Shown here in pieces: positions 31,493-41,193 of a stretch of DNA of 64,000 nucleotides. Positions within the stretch are counted from its first letter, which is position 1, and every line of letters begins with the position of its first letter. This DNA comes from Candidatus Melainabacteria bacterium 17Bon1m (GTDB lineage Bacteria; Cyanobacteriota; Vampirovibrionia; Obscuribacterales; Obscuribacteraceae). The DNA lies in the NCBI GenBank assembly GCA_032128875.1, contig JAVLKG010000013.1:32001-96000 (forward strand), read 5' to 3'. Made by a program: the position numbers and the translations under genes. The notes beneath the pieces are model-generated. The model worked only from the letters and a program-made list of their open reading frames with translations, was not told where the DNA came from and made no database searches.

Positions 31493-34400
31493 ATGTCAGA
31501 CCAAAATGACAAAAGCAATTCGGGTGCAGTGATTGTGCTCGACGATTGCAGTGATGCATCGAATTGGGAGGTGCATGCGACCGAAGGTGTCGTTGCGCTG
31601 GTCGAGGTCGTTGACAGCGAGGGAAGTGACGGGCACAAGAGCCTGCGCAAAAACCTGCGACTGGACTACGACTTCAACGGACGAGCGGGTTTCGCGCTCA
31701 TCCGCAAGAAGGTGGAGCTCGCGCTCCCCGAAAATTACGCGCTGACGTTCGGCGTTCGCGGGCAGTCGCCCGACAACACGCTCGAACTGAAGCTCGTCAA
31801 TGAGGCTCAGGACACGGTCTGGTGGGTTAATCGCCCCAGCTTCAAGTTCCCCTCCGAGACAGTCGAGCTGCGCAACAAGGCGCGCCACTTCTCGTATGCA
31901 TGGGGACCGGACAAGTCTCGTCTTGTCGATGTTCGCTACATCGAGCTCTGCGTGACTGCCACCAATGGCGGCAAGGGTTCTGTGTGGTTCGACAATCTCA
32001 CGTTCCAAGAGCTCCCGCTGCCCGGAACCGAGATGCCCGTGACCGCTTCGGCTACTTCTCGCTTGAGCGATAAGCACGATGCGCAGTGTGCTGTCGATGG
32101 ACTCGACCACACTTTCTGGCACTCAGGTAAAGCGGAGAAGCAGGACTTTGTGCTCGATTTCGGTGCCAACCGCGAGTTCGGCGGTCTGGTAATCGACTTT
32201 GGCGCCAAGGATTACCCTCGTCGATACTCCGTGGAAACCCGCTTGGATGGCGCCAAGAAGTGGACTGTTCTGCATGCTGTGAAGAACGGCAAGAACGGTC
32301 GCGCGTATGTCATGGCGACGGAGTCCGAAGGTCGCTACCTGCGCATCAAGCTGCGCAAATCCAGTCGCAGTGCCGGCTACAGCATTCGCAACGTAGAAGT
32401 GAAGCCGCTCGCGTTCGGCAAGGGCGCCAGCGATTTCTTCATGAACGTGGCTGCCGATAGCAGGCACGGTCTATATCCGCGCCATCTGCTCGCAGAACAG
32501 TGCTACTGGACGATCACCGGTGTCGAGACCGACACGAAGAAAGCGCTCATCAACGAAGACGCGCTGGTCGAGACTGAGAAGCTCGGTTTCACGCTTGAGC
32601 CTTTCATCCACACAGCCGGCAAACTGCTGACGTGGAAAGAAGGCACTCACGAGCAGACGCTGGAAGACGGTTATTTGCCTGTGCCGACTGTCGAGCGCAA
32701 GCACGACGGACTTTCGCTGAAAACGCGGACGTGGGCGCTGGGCAAGCCGGGTGAGTCGGTTTTGTTTGTCGGCTACGAGCTGACGAACACGGGCGCCGAA
32801 GCGCAGTCTGGTAAGCTGATGCTCGCTGTTCGACCCTTTCAGGTCAATCCGACCTGGCAGTTCTTGAACGCTCCCGGCGGTTTCTCGCCCATACGTTCGA
32901 TCAAGCGCAAGAGCAATACCGTCGTAGTCAACGATGACAAACTCGTGATTGAATGCGGCGTCGACGACCCGACCCGCGTGAACACTGCGGTTGAGCGTGG
33001 CAGATTCGGTGCCACCACTCTTGATGAGGGTGATATCGGTTTTCACCTCGCGAAGGGCGAACTGCCTGAGAAGAGCGAAGCTGCCGATGCGAACGGTTTT
33101 GCATCGGGCGCACTCGTTTACGACTTCGACTTGCCGGCTGGTGCCACTAAGAAGGTGGTGCTCGCCGTTCCGTTCCACGCAAGCTACGACAAAAAGCTGG
33201 TCGGCATGGCAGCGCTCAAGTCTCGTGATCAGGCGGTCGACTATTGGCGCAAGCGTCTGGCGCGGGTGAACATCACCCTTCCGCCGGCGGCTCAGGATTT
33301 GGAATTGACGTACAAGGCGCAGGCAGGTTACATCCTGCTCAATCGCAAGGGCGTCGGAATCCAGCCTGGCGTGCGCTGCTACGACCGCTCCTGGGCGCGC
33401 GATGGTGCGCTCACGTCGTCCGCGCTTCTGCAGCTCGGGTACAACGAAGAGGTACGCGACTTCATCAACTGGTACGCGAAGTTCCAGTTCGACTCCGGCA
33501 AAATTCCTTGCTGCGTCGATCACCGTGGCGCCGACCCGACGCCGGAGCACGACAGCTGCGGCGAGTTTATCTATCTCGTTGCGGAATATTACCGCTACAC
33601 GGGCGACAAGCAGATGCTGTACAGCATGTTCCAGCGCGTTCTTCGCGCAGTGGGATATCTGGAGAGCTTGCTCGCGCAGACGCGCACGCCTGAGTTCGAC
33701 AAGGAGGAGAATCGCCACCTGCGCGGACTCCTGCCGCCTTCTATTTCGCACGAAGGCTATTCGGACAAGCCTGCATATTCGTACTGGGATGACTTCTGGT
33801 GCTTGAAAGGGCTGCGCGATGCAGTGTTTCTCACCAAAGAATTCCACGGTGCGTCGCACAAGCTTACGGCTGAGATGGAGCGCATCGCCGAGCAGTTCCG
33901 CAAGGACTTCTTCGCGTCGATTGAAGCGTGCAAAGTCAAATACGGTTTTGACACCATTGTCGGTGCCGCAGACCGAGGCGACAAAGACGCTTGCTCGACG
34001 ACAATCGCGCTGGACCCGGGGCTTCTTGCCACCGAGTTGCGCGGCGATCTCGATCGCACGTTCAAAGAATACTGGTCGTTCTTCTACTCGCGCATGGCGC
34101 CCTACGGTCAGTGGGACGGCTATACACCCTACGAAACGCGCGCCATCGGCTCGCTGATTCGTCTGGGTTATCGCGAGTGGGCGCACAAGACGCTGGAATT
34201 CTTCATGCCCCATCGTCGCCCGCAGGGATGGCGTCACTGGGCAGAGTGTGTCTTCCGAGACCCGCTCAAGCCGCAGTTCATCGGCGATATGCCGCACACC
34301 TGGGTGGGCTCCGACTTCGTGCGTTCGGTGCGATCGATGATCGCTTACGAGCGCGAAGATGGATGTCTGGTCATCGGCGGCGGCTGGCGTTTTGACTGGA

Positions 34401-34636
34401 TGCATCATCCGGGCGAAACGAAAATCGTCGACATGCCGACCGAATTCGGCAAAATCAGCTTCTCCGCTAAGCGCAGCGGTTATCGTCTCTTCCTTCGCAT
34501 TGAAGGCGAAGTGAAGAACAAAGTGGTGCTGGCGCTGCCATATTGGAATCACGGCGTGAGCATCAATGGACGTCCGGGGGTTCTCGAGATTCCGGTCGGG
34601 CAGCTGCCTGCCGAAGTCGTCGTCGAACTCGCCTGA
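31493..34636 (+). CDS. Multidomain protein: CBM-like, discoidin (F5/8C, CBM32-like) and C-terminal (alpha/alpha)6 glycoside hydrolase-like domains
   Basis: ASATS...AVDG...FWHS and GRYLRI discoidin motifs; YDRSWARDG, PEHDSCGEFI, SHEGY, SYWDDFW, GDMPHTW. Confidence 0.8.
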   Translation: MSDQNDKSNSGAVIVLDDCSDASNWEVHATEGVVALVEVVDSEGSDGHKSLRKNLRLDYDFNGRAGFALIRKKVELALPENYALTFGVRGQSPDNTLELKLVNEAQDTVWWVNRPSFKFPSETVELRNKARHFSYAWGPDKSRLVDVRYIELCVTATNGGKGSVWFDNLTFQELPLPGTEMPVTASATSRLSDKHDAQCAVDGLDHTFWHSGKAEKQDFVLDFGANREFGGLVIDFGAKDYPRRYSVETRLDGAKKWTVLHAVKNGKNGRAYVMATESEGRYLRIKLRKSSRSAGYSIRNVEVKPLAFGKGASDFFMNVAADSRHGLYPRHLLAEQCYWTITGVETDTKKALINEDALVETEKLGFTLEPFIHTAGKLLTWKEGTHEQTLEDGYLPVPTVERKHDGLSLKTRTWALGKPGESVLFVGYELTNTGAEAQSGKLMLAVRPFQVNPTWQFLNAPGGFSPIRSIKRKSNTVVVNDDKLVIECGVDDPTRVNTAVERGRFGATTLDEGDIGFHLAKGELPEKSEAADANGFASGALVYDFDLPAGATKKVVLAVPFHASYDKKLVGMAALKSRDQAVDYWRKRLARVNITLPPAAQDLELTYKAQAGYILLNRKGVGIQPGVRCYDRSWARDGALTSSALLQLGYNEEVRDFINWYAKFQFDSGKIPCCVDHRGADPTPEHDSCGEFIYLVAEYYRYTGDKQMLYSMFQRVLRAVGYLESLLAQTRTPEFDKEENRHLRGLLPPSISHEGYSDKPAYSYWDDFWCLKGLRDAVFLTKEFHGASHKLTAEMERIAEQFRKDFFASIEACKVKYGFDTIVGAADRGDKDACSTTIALDPGLLATELRGDLDRTFKEYWSFFYSRMAPYGQWDGYTPYETRAIGSLIRLGYREWAHKTLEFFMPHRRPQGWRHWAECVFRDPLKPQFIGDMPHTWVGSDFVRSVRSMIAYEREDGCLVIGGGWRFDWMHHPGETKIVDMPTEFGKISFSAKRSGYRLFLRIEGEVKNKVVLALPYWNHGVSINGRPGVLEIPVGQLPAEVVVELA

Positions 34637-34767
34637 GGCGTTTTACGACTTGAAACCGCGGAGGTGGCAGTAATGCTGTCTCTGCGGATTTCAATTTGAA
34701 CTCCAAATGTTAATGCTGCCGAGGACTCGTTGTGCCCCGGCAAACTGCAAATGTCTCACCCCTTTAT

Positions 34768-34820
34768 GTAGGGGCAGCGCATGCGCCGCCCAGTCAGGGA
34801 GCCGCATGCGGCTCCCCTAC
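34768..34820. repeat. REPIN-like doublet of inverted GTAG REPs (53 bp)
   Basis: GTAGGGGCAGCGCATGCGCCGCCC-AGTCA-GGGAGCCGCATGCGGCTCCCCTAC. Confidence 0.85.
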
Positions 34821-34849
34821 AAACGAGGATTTGAGTAAAGGACAGGAGT

Positions 34850-36538
34850 ATGAATACGCATGGAAAAACTATAAGGCGAACCCTCGGGCTCGTTAAACTG
34901 TTCTGGCTCGGCGACCGCAAATGGGTCGCCTGGGGCTGGTTGTCGCTGGTGCTGGCAATGCTTGTCGGCATCAACATCCTGAATGTTCAGATCAGCTACG
35001 CCGAGCGCGCCGTGCTCACGTCGCTGCAAGAAAAGCACCAACTCGAGTTCTGGCATAGCATCATCAAGTACGCCTTGATCTTCGCTATCGGTACCCCGTT
35101 GGTCGGTCTATTCGGCTGGGTCAAAGGCAAGTTGCACATGGCCTGGCGAGACTGGCTTACCAGGCATCTCCTGGCGAAGTACTACGACAACGATCACTTC
35201 CACAGCATCAACGGCGACCCCAGAGTGGACAATCCGGATCAGCGCCTCCAGCAGGATGTGACGCTGGTCTGCGACAAAGTGATGACGATTTCACTGGCGC
35301 TCATCGACAGTGCGATGGCGTTCAGCGCGTTCATCACCATTCTCTGGCTGATCTCGCCCACGCTTGTGTTCGTTGCCGTCGGCTATGCCGCGTTCGGCAC
35401 ATTCATCATGATGTACTTCGGCAAGCGCCTGATTGGGCTCAACTTCCAGCAAGAAAGGCTGGAGGCTGATTTCCGCCGTCACTTAATGTACACGCGCGAG
35501 CATGCGACTTCGATCGCCAGCTATCGCGGTGCAGAACGTGAGCACAAGGGCGTCTCCGAACGCTTCAGGCAAGTGTTGTCCAACTGGAACGGTGTTCTTA
35601 GTTGGCAGCGTAACCTGACGCTTTTCCGTGTCGGGTACGACTACGCCATCATCGTTGTTCCGATGGTGCTGACTGCGCCGCTTTTCTTCGCCGGAACAAC
35701 GGACGTCGGTGCCGTCTTTCAGGCAGGCACGTCCTTCGGGCGCGTGCTGGGTGCGCTGTCGGTCTTCGTCGGTCAGTTCATGCTGATTGCCGAACTCGCC
35801 GCGAGCGTGCAGCGTCTGGGTTCGTTCAATGAGATTCTCGACCAGCGCCACGATGCAAAATGCCCTCCCGAGGGCGATTGCGATATCGAGCGCGGTCTTA
35901 CGGACAATGGGCTTGTGGTGTCGAACGTCTCTGTTCTGACGCCCGATCGCAAGCGCCGCCTCATGTCCGGCTTGACCTTCGCCATCAATGCAGGCGACAG
36001 GCTGATCATTACAGGACCGTCCGGCGTCGGCAAAAGCTCGCTGCTCAAAGCCATCGCTGGTCTCTGGAATGCTGGCGCGGGGCGCATCGACGCACCGTCC
36101 AAGGAAGATGTTCTCTTCCTGCCGCAGAAGCCCTACATGCCGTTGGGCACGTTGCGCGACCAGCTCACTTATCCGGGACGCGGTGAAACTCCCACCGATG
36201 CGGAGCTGATCGAGCGGCTGCGTATGGTCAATCTGTCGGAGTTTGTCGAACGTTTTGGCCTGGATGAAATCCATCCGTGGTCCGACACGATTTCGCTCGG
36301 CGAGCAGCAGCGCATTGCGTTTTTGCGCATGTTGAACGCCGGTCCGAAACTGGCAATCCTCGACGAAGCTACCAGCTCGCTGGATTCGCAAAACGAATCG
36401 AGACTGTACGATCTTGTCACCGCTAGCGGTATCACGGTCGTATCTGTCGCCCACCGCGCCGAGCTGCTCAAGCATCACAATAAGGTGCTGGAAATCAAAG
36501 GTGGTGACAATTGGACATTTGCGCAGAACCCACAATAG
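34850..36538 (+). CDS. ABC transporter, fused permease/ATPase of the ABCD/YddA/Rv1819c-like family
   Basis: DNPDQR, EADFR (EAA-like), GPSGVGKS, FLPQKPY, SLGEQQRIAF, ILDEATS, SVAHR. Confidence 0.9.
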   Translation: MNTHGKTIRRTLGLVKLFWLGDRKWVAWGWLSLVLAMLVGINILNVQISYAERAVLTSLQEKHQLEFWHSIIKYALIFAIGTPLVGLFGWVKGKLHMAWRDWLTRHLLAKYYDNDHFHSINGDPRVDNPDQRLQQDVTLVCDKVMTISLALIDSAMAFSAFITILWLISPTLVFVAVGYAAFGTFIMMYFGKRLIGLNFQQERLEADFRRHLMYTREHATSIASYRGAEREHKGVSERFRQVLSNWNGVLSWQRNLTLFRVGYDYAIIVVPMVLTAPLFFAGTTDVGAVFQAGTSFGRVLGALSVFVGQFMLIAELAASVQRLGSFNEILDQRHDAKCPPEGDCDIERGLTDNGLVVSNVSVLTPDRKRRLMSGLTFAINAGDRLIITGPSGVGKSSLLKAIAGLWNAGAGRIDAPSKEDVLFLPQKPYMPLGTLRDQLTYPGRGETPTDAELIERLRMVNLSEFVERFGLDEIHPWSDTISLGEQQRIAFLRMLNAGPKLAILDEATSSLDSQNESRLYDLVTASGITVVSVAHRAELLKHHNKVLEIKGGDNWTFAQNPQ

Positions 36539-36774
36539 CTGTGCAAATTAAAAGGGGCGACGCTCTGCGTCACCCCTGCAGGGAATTCGCGTTGCGAGCT
36601 CCCTTAAAGAGTCGGGGGGAGGTGTGCGTGGGTTACACCTCCCTCCTTTCTCTCGTTAGGGAATTAGACGCAGCGACTTTGCTGAGGTTCCCGCGCGAGA
36701 AACGTGTACTGTGGCTGGTTTTAACACCAGTGCCTGTTTTTGCTAAACTCTCTGGACAATATTTGAGAGGTGAG

Positions 36775-37485
36775 ATGAAACATTCGCGATCTGCAGGCGC
36801 CGCCTTGCTCTTTGCAAGCCTGGTCCTGGCCTTAGCCCCCGTTTTATCGCAAAGCATTTTTCCCGATTTGCCCCAGGCGTCGAACAACATCGATCGCTTT
36901 GAAGGCGAGATCAAAGCCTACGAGGCGAAAGACAAAACTAAGCCGGTCAAGCCTGGTGAAACGCTTTTCGTCGGAAGCTCGACATTTAGATTGTGGCCCA
37001 ATCTGGAGAAAGAGTTTCAGTCCGAACACGCAGTCAATCGCGCCTTTGGTGGAGCAACTATCGATGAGATCAATCACTATGCCAACCGCATTGTGATTCC
37101 GTACAAGCCGAGCCGTATTGTCTTTTACGCCGGCACTAACGATCTTGCCGATGGTGATTCCGCCAAGGACGTGTATCGCGACTTCATGCAGTTCGAGCGC
37201 ATTGTGCATAAGGCGCTGCCCGAGACGAAGATCTATTTCGTGTCGGTCAACCCCGGACCGAGTCGTGTGAAGCTGCAAAAGCTCTATGACGAGACTAATT
37301 CGCTCGTCAGTGCAGAAGCGCAGCGTTCGCATAAGTTTAAGTTCGTGGATATTCGCCCTGTTATGTACGACTCGAAAGGACGGCTCAAGGAGCAGCTTTT
37401 CGGTTTCGACAGGCTGCATATGAACAAGTCTGGTCAAGATCTTTGGGAGCCGATCATTCGAGACGCTCTCGCCAAGGATAAATGA
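36775..37485 (+). CDS. Exported SGNH/GDSL hydrolase
   Basis: Signal peptide; FVGSST, NRAFGG, YAGTND, DRLH. Confidence 0.88.
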   Translation: MKHSRSAGAALLFASLVLALAPVLSQSIFPDLPQASNNIDRFEGEIKAYEAKDKTKPVKPGETLFVGSSTFRLWPNLEKEFQSEHAVNRAFGGATIDEINHYANRIVIPYKPSRIVFYAGTNDLADGDSAKDVYRDFMQFERIVHKALPETKIYFVSVNPGPSRVKLQKLYDETNSLVSAEAQRSHKFKFVDIRPVMYDSKGRLKEQLFGFDRLHMNKSGQDLWEPIIRDALAKDK

Positions 37486-37784
37486 CGACACTCGCTCGAA
37501 TTATGAAATCGCAAATTATCGGCGCATTGGCAGACGCTGTGCGCAATTCGTATGTTCGACGATAGTTGCAGATAACTGCAATTTATCGTCGAACAGGCGT
37601 GCTTGCTTGGATTTATCAGCCCTCTTTTTTGCTTGCTGCTTAGGTATTTCTATCTTGGGCATGGTGCTACTAGTGTATGTAGCAGAAATTGTGCGAAAAA
37701 CAATCGTGGGGCAGCGAAGATCCGTTAGGAATCTTGCCGCCCCACGATGGGTTCACTGACTATCAGTCACGCACGGATGGTGCG

Positions 37785-38147
37785 TTATTGGAAGTCGTGA
37801 GTTTCCGATTTCCCGTTGTGCGTGATGGTCACGCGCAGGAAGTCCGGCAGGATGTACTGGCTGATGACGCGGACACGCGGCGCCTGCTCGAGGTCGACCG
37901 TGAAGTTCTGCGGCATGTGCTCAGCACCACGTGTGCCCTGCCCCGGTGTGCGGGAGAAGGTGACTTCGTACTTGCCGGGTTCGTAGAACGTCAGCGTGAA
38001 GGTGTCGTCCGTCCCGCGCGAGCGAGACTGATGATACTCCGCCAGAATGGTGCCCTCGAAGTACGACGCTTTGGCATCGTACTGCTGGCATCCTGTCAGC
38101 GTCAGAGCTGCAACGAGCAGCATGACGACTGCGAGAAGACGTTTCAT
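37785..38147 (-). CDS. Lipoprotein of unknown function (paralog of 49660-50103)
   Basis: Lipobox LTGC; beta-rich; C-terminus THNGKSETHDF. Confidence 0.8.
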   Translation of the reverse strand: MKRLLAVVMLLVAALTLTGCQQYDAKASYFEGTILAEYHQSRSRGTDDTFTLTFYEPGKYEVTFSRTPGQGTRGAEHMPQNFTVDLEQAPRVRVISQYILPDFLRVTITHNGKSETHDFQ

Positions 38148-38234
38148 TGGCTTTACTTTCTCTTTGGGGAGGCCACCGTTTGGTCGCCTCCGAATTGATG
38201 AGTTCTGGCTTTAGATGAGGACCGTCCTCACCTT

Positions 38235-38846
38235 CTACCGGAACTGCTCGACGATGTAGCTGCCGCCGATGACGAGCGCTTCGCTGATGCCGTTGACCTT
38301 GAGCGTGATGCGCTGGTCACCGGTCGAGTAGCTGTCGGCATACCAGGTGCCGATGAGGACGCCATCGCTGTATGCCGTCACCTTGTACTTCGAGCCGTCC
38401 GACTTGCCCTCCAGATTGGCGCCGATGTGGCGCAAAATGTAGGTGCCGCCGAAGACGATTTGCTCGACATTGCCGTTGACGCGCAACAACACCTTGCCGC
38501 TGCCGGTCGAGATGGAAGAGGCGTTGACGGTCTCCACGACCTTGCCGCCGCTGTAGAGTTCGGCGACGTACTTGGTGGCCGCTGCGGAATTGTCGGTGGC
38601 GCGCGCGTCGGAGCGACGCACGGAGAAGGTTCCGCCGACGATGTTCTGGCGATTGTTGGCGATGTTGGCGATGATTCGCCCATCGCCCGAGCTGTAGCTC
38701 GATGCGTCGAAGGCGCTGACTGCTTGCCCGCCGCTGTAAGCCTTTACGGCATACGTGGTGGGCGGAGAATCACCACAGCCTGCCAGCGTGAGCAGCAGGA
38801 AGCCGGTGAGAACTGCAGTCGCGATGGTCCTTGCGAATTTGAACAT
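38235..38846 (-). CDS. Lipoprotein with 3 copies of an unnamed ~50-aa module
   Basis: Lipobox LAGC; modules YAVKAYSGG..GGTF, YVAELYSGG..GGTY, YKVTAYSDG..GGSY; GAGGAG RBS. Confidence 0.85.
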   Translation of the reverse strand: MFKFARTIATAVLTGFLLLTLAGCGDSPPTTYAVKAYSGGQAVSAFDASSYSSGDGRIIANIANNRQNIVGGTFSVRRSDARATDNSAAATKYVAELYSGGKVVETVNASSISTGSGKVLLRVNGNVEQIVFGGTYILRHIGANLEGKSDGSKYKVTAYSDGVLIGTWYADSYSTGDQRITLKVNGISEALVIGGSYIVEQFR

Positions 38847-38927
38847 TTGACAGTCTCCTCTTGAAACCTCCCAAGTCGGTTCACGCGCATCAACGAGATG
38901 CGCATGACACCCGGCTTGGAGAAAGAA

Positions 38928-39533
38928 TTAGCGAATCTGCTGGATCTGATACTGTCCGCCGATGATCAGGGCATTGTCGATGCCGTTGATCTTCAGAACC
39001 AAGCCGCCGCCCTGCGACGTCGAATGGCTGTCGGCGAACCAGGTACCGACGACTGCGCCGTCGTTGTGCAGCGTCACCTTGTAGCGTGCCGTGTCCGGCG
39101 TGCCGGCAATGTTGGCGCCGATGTGGTGCACCACGTATGTGCCGCTGAAGACTGCGCGCTGGGAATTGTTGATTTCTAGCGAGACGCGGTCGCGATACGA
39201 AGTGATGGAAGAGGCGTCGAACGCGTCGACTTCCTTGCCGCCGCTGTAGAGCATTCCGTGGAAAACCAACGGGCTCGACGACGGCGTGGTGATGTCGGTG
39301 CGGCGCATCGCATAGCCGTTGCTGACGACGACTGAGCGGCCGCCTTCGGCAAGAACGAAGCTTGCCGTGCCGACGTTGTCGACGGACAGAGAGCGCGCTT
39401 GGTATTCGCCGATGCTGTTGCCGAGGCTGTATGCCTTCACGGAGTAACGCGCCGTGTCGTCACAGCCCGTGAGCAGAAGGGCTGCCACCAGCACGAGGCC
39501 GGCGGCGAAAAACTTTCTTGCTGCAGAGAGCAT
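38928..39533 (-). CDS. Lipoprotein with 3 copies of the same module
   Basis: Lipobox LTGC; YSVKAYSLG, FHGMLYSGG, YKVTLHNDG..GGQY; shares HIGAN linker with 38235-38846. Confidence 0.85.
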   Translation of the reverse strand: MLSAARKFFAAGLVLVAALLLTGCDDTARYSVKAYSLGNSIGEYQARSLSVDNVGTASFVLAEGGRSVVVSNGYAMRRTDITTPSSSPLVFHGMLYSGGKEVDAFDASSITSYRDRVSLEINNSQRAVFSGTYVVHHIGANIAGTPDTARYKVTLHNDGAVVGTWFADSHSTSQGGGLVLKINGIDNALIIGGQYQIQQIR

Positions 39534-39591
39534 TGATTGGTCCTCTGGTACCGCTGATTTCTTGTCAGTCGGTCCCGTCGTTTGGGTTTCG

Positions 39592-40053
39592 TTAGGTGAG
39601 CGGTTCCATCAGGAACGTGCCACCGACGATGGTGTATTCCTTGGCCCCTTCGGGCAAAAGATACAGGCCGCTTTTCGAAGGGCTTGCCTGTTCGACATAC
39701 CATTCGCGGATGATGTTGCCGGCGTCGTAGAGCGTCACCTTGTACTTCGACTTCGGTGTGCGCGGCGAATTGGTTGCAGCGTCGATCGGCTCGAGGATGA
39801 AGCATCCGCCCATCACAGTGTAGTGCTGGTCACCTTCCACGTGGACGTACAGTCCACTTTCAGAGGGGCTTCCGGACAATCCGCGGAAGGTGCGGACCGG
39901 CACTCCGTTGTTGAACAGTGTCGCTTTGTAGCGCACCGGAGGCGGTGGCGGAGGTGCTTGCTCGCCATTGCGACGCGGACGCGCAATTAGAGCGACGATG
40001 CCGATGATGGCGAGAACGCCACAGATGATTGCTATAAGAACGTTTCCGTCCAT
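39592..40053 (-). CDS. N-terminally TM-anchored protein with 2 copies of the module
   Basis: GGAG RBS, ATG at 40053; TM followed by RPRR, poly-Pro, YKATLFNNG..GGCFILEP and YKVTLYDAG..GGTFLMEP. Confidence 0.85.
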   Translation of the reverse strand: MDGNVLIAIICGVLAIIGIVALIARPRRNGEQAPPPPPPVRYKATLFNNGVPVRTFRGLSGSPSESGLYVHVEGDQHYTVMGGCFILEPIDAATNSPRTPKSKYKVTLYDAGNIIREWYVEQASPSKSGLYLLPEGAKEYTIVGGTFLMEPLT

Positions 40054-40064
40054 ATTAGTCTCCG

Positions 40065-40577
40065 TTATTTTGGCTGCAGCAAGCACCGAGGTGTTTCGGG
40101 TTGCGGAGCCGCGTTGTTGCCGTCAGGGGACGTCCCGGACGCTTCGACTTTCACCTTGCCGTGGACGATGACGCAGTACTTTGCGCCGGACGTCTGCAGG
40201 TAGGTGTTGCCGTACTGTTCGTCGAACTGTTCGGCATAAATGGTGCGCACAGCGACATCGCCGCTGTAGAGTGTCACCTTCACCTTCGTTGCAGCAGTCG
40301 GATTTTGCGCCGAAGGTGCTCCGTCCGGCTCGATGACGAAAGCATCGCCACCAATGTCGGAAAGCGTCTCTTCGACGCTCTCGGCCAGCTGGAGTTCGTA
40401 GTTTTGCGTGGTAGAAGTGTTCGACTTCGTGTCGTTGAACGACTGAGCCTTCTGCCCCGCTTTGTACAGCGAGACATGGAATTGCTGCGGCGGGCGCAAC
40501 CATTCCGGTCCGTGTACGCAACCGGCGATGAGGACCGCAACTACTGCGGTCAGTGCCAGAGTAATGAGCGTTTTCAT
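40065..40577 (-). CDS. Lipoprotein with 2 divergent copies of the module
   Basis: Lipobox IAGC; FHVSLYKAG..GGDAFVIEP and VKVTLYSGD..HGKVKVE. Confidence 0.8.
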   Translation of the reverse strand: MKTLITLALTAVVAVLIAGCVHGPEWLRPPQQFHVSLYKAGQKAQSFNDTKSNTSTTQNYELQLAESVEETLSDIGGDAFVIEPDGAPSAQNPTAATKVKVTLYSGDVAVRTIYAEQFDEQYGNTYLQTSGAKYCVIVHGKVKVEASGTSPDGNNAAPQPETPRCLLQPK

Positions 40578-40701
40578 TAGCTTGCTTTCGGTTAGGGTTT
40601 GCAATCCTGCGCGAAAGTACGCTGGGAGTATCCAGCGCAAACGTCAGGGAAATCGGCAGCCTGACAGGATGTCAGACCGCCGGTTTCAGGGTTGTGAACT
40701 G

Positions 40702-41154
40702 TCAGTTCAGCGGCTCGATGACAAAGGTGCCGCCGACTCTTGTGTAATCGACGCCCTCCGCAGTCTTGATGTAGGCAATGCCTTCGCCTGCTAAGGCGTA
40801 GGACGTGTACCATTCATGCAAGGCAGTGGTGCCGGAGTAGAGCGTCACCTTGTACCTCGAATCGGGCGCCCGCTTCGTCACCGAAGCAGCGCCTTCCGGC
40901 TCGACCACAAAGGTGCCGTTGACCTGAGTGTACTCGGTCTGTCCGTCGATGAGGATGTAGGCGATGCCTTCACCCGCGGTGCCGCGAGTGCCACGGAATG
41001 TGCGCAGCGGTTCGGCACCGTCTCCGTATACCGTAAGGGTGTATTTGACGGGCGGCGGGGGCGGAGCTTCCGGCGCGCTGTCGCAACCGGTCAGGGCGAC
41101 CAGCGCGAAGAGCGCGACTAGACCTGCAAGAGTGCTGCTCAAGAGACGTTTCAT
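40702..41154 (-). CDS. Lipoprotein with 2 copies of the module
   Basis: Lipobox LTGC, poly-Pro; AGEGIAYI occurs twice; NGTFVVEP and GGTFVIEP; GAGGT RBS. Confidence 0.85.
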   Translation of the reverse strand: MKRLLSSTLAGLVALFALVALTGCDSAPEAPPPPPVKYTLTVYGDGAEPLRTFRGTRGTAGEGIAYILIDGQTEYTQVNGTFVVEPEGAASVTKRAPDSRYKVTLYSGTTALHEWYTSYALAGEGIAYIKTAEGVDYTRVGGTFVIEPLN

Positions 41155-41193
41155 TTTTACCTCGTTTGGTTTTGCTAAAACTGCCCCGGCGCT

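Noticed and set aside
32471-34552. Long antisense ORF (693 aa), and similar ones at 30111-31337, 61731-63074, 21423-22514 and 4728-5732
   Set aside because: Shadow frames of GC3-biased genes on the opposite strand, with no motifs or RBS.
34640-34850. Cobalamin riboswitch upstream of the Rv1819c-like ABC gene
   Set aside because: No recognisable B12-box or conserved core; only generic hairpins and a REPIN.
37785-41154. Integron cassette array or diversity-generating retroelement as the explanation for the lipoprotein array
   Set aside because: No attC-like repeated spacers, integrase or reverse transcriptase. Modules are diverged at all positions, not only at adenines.
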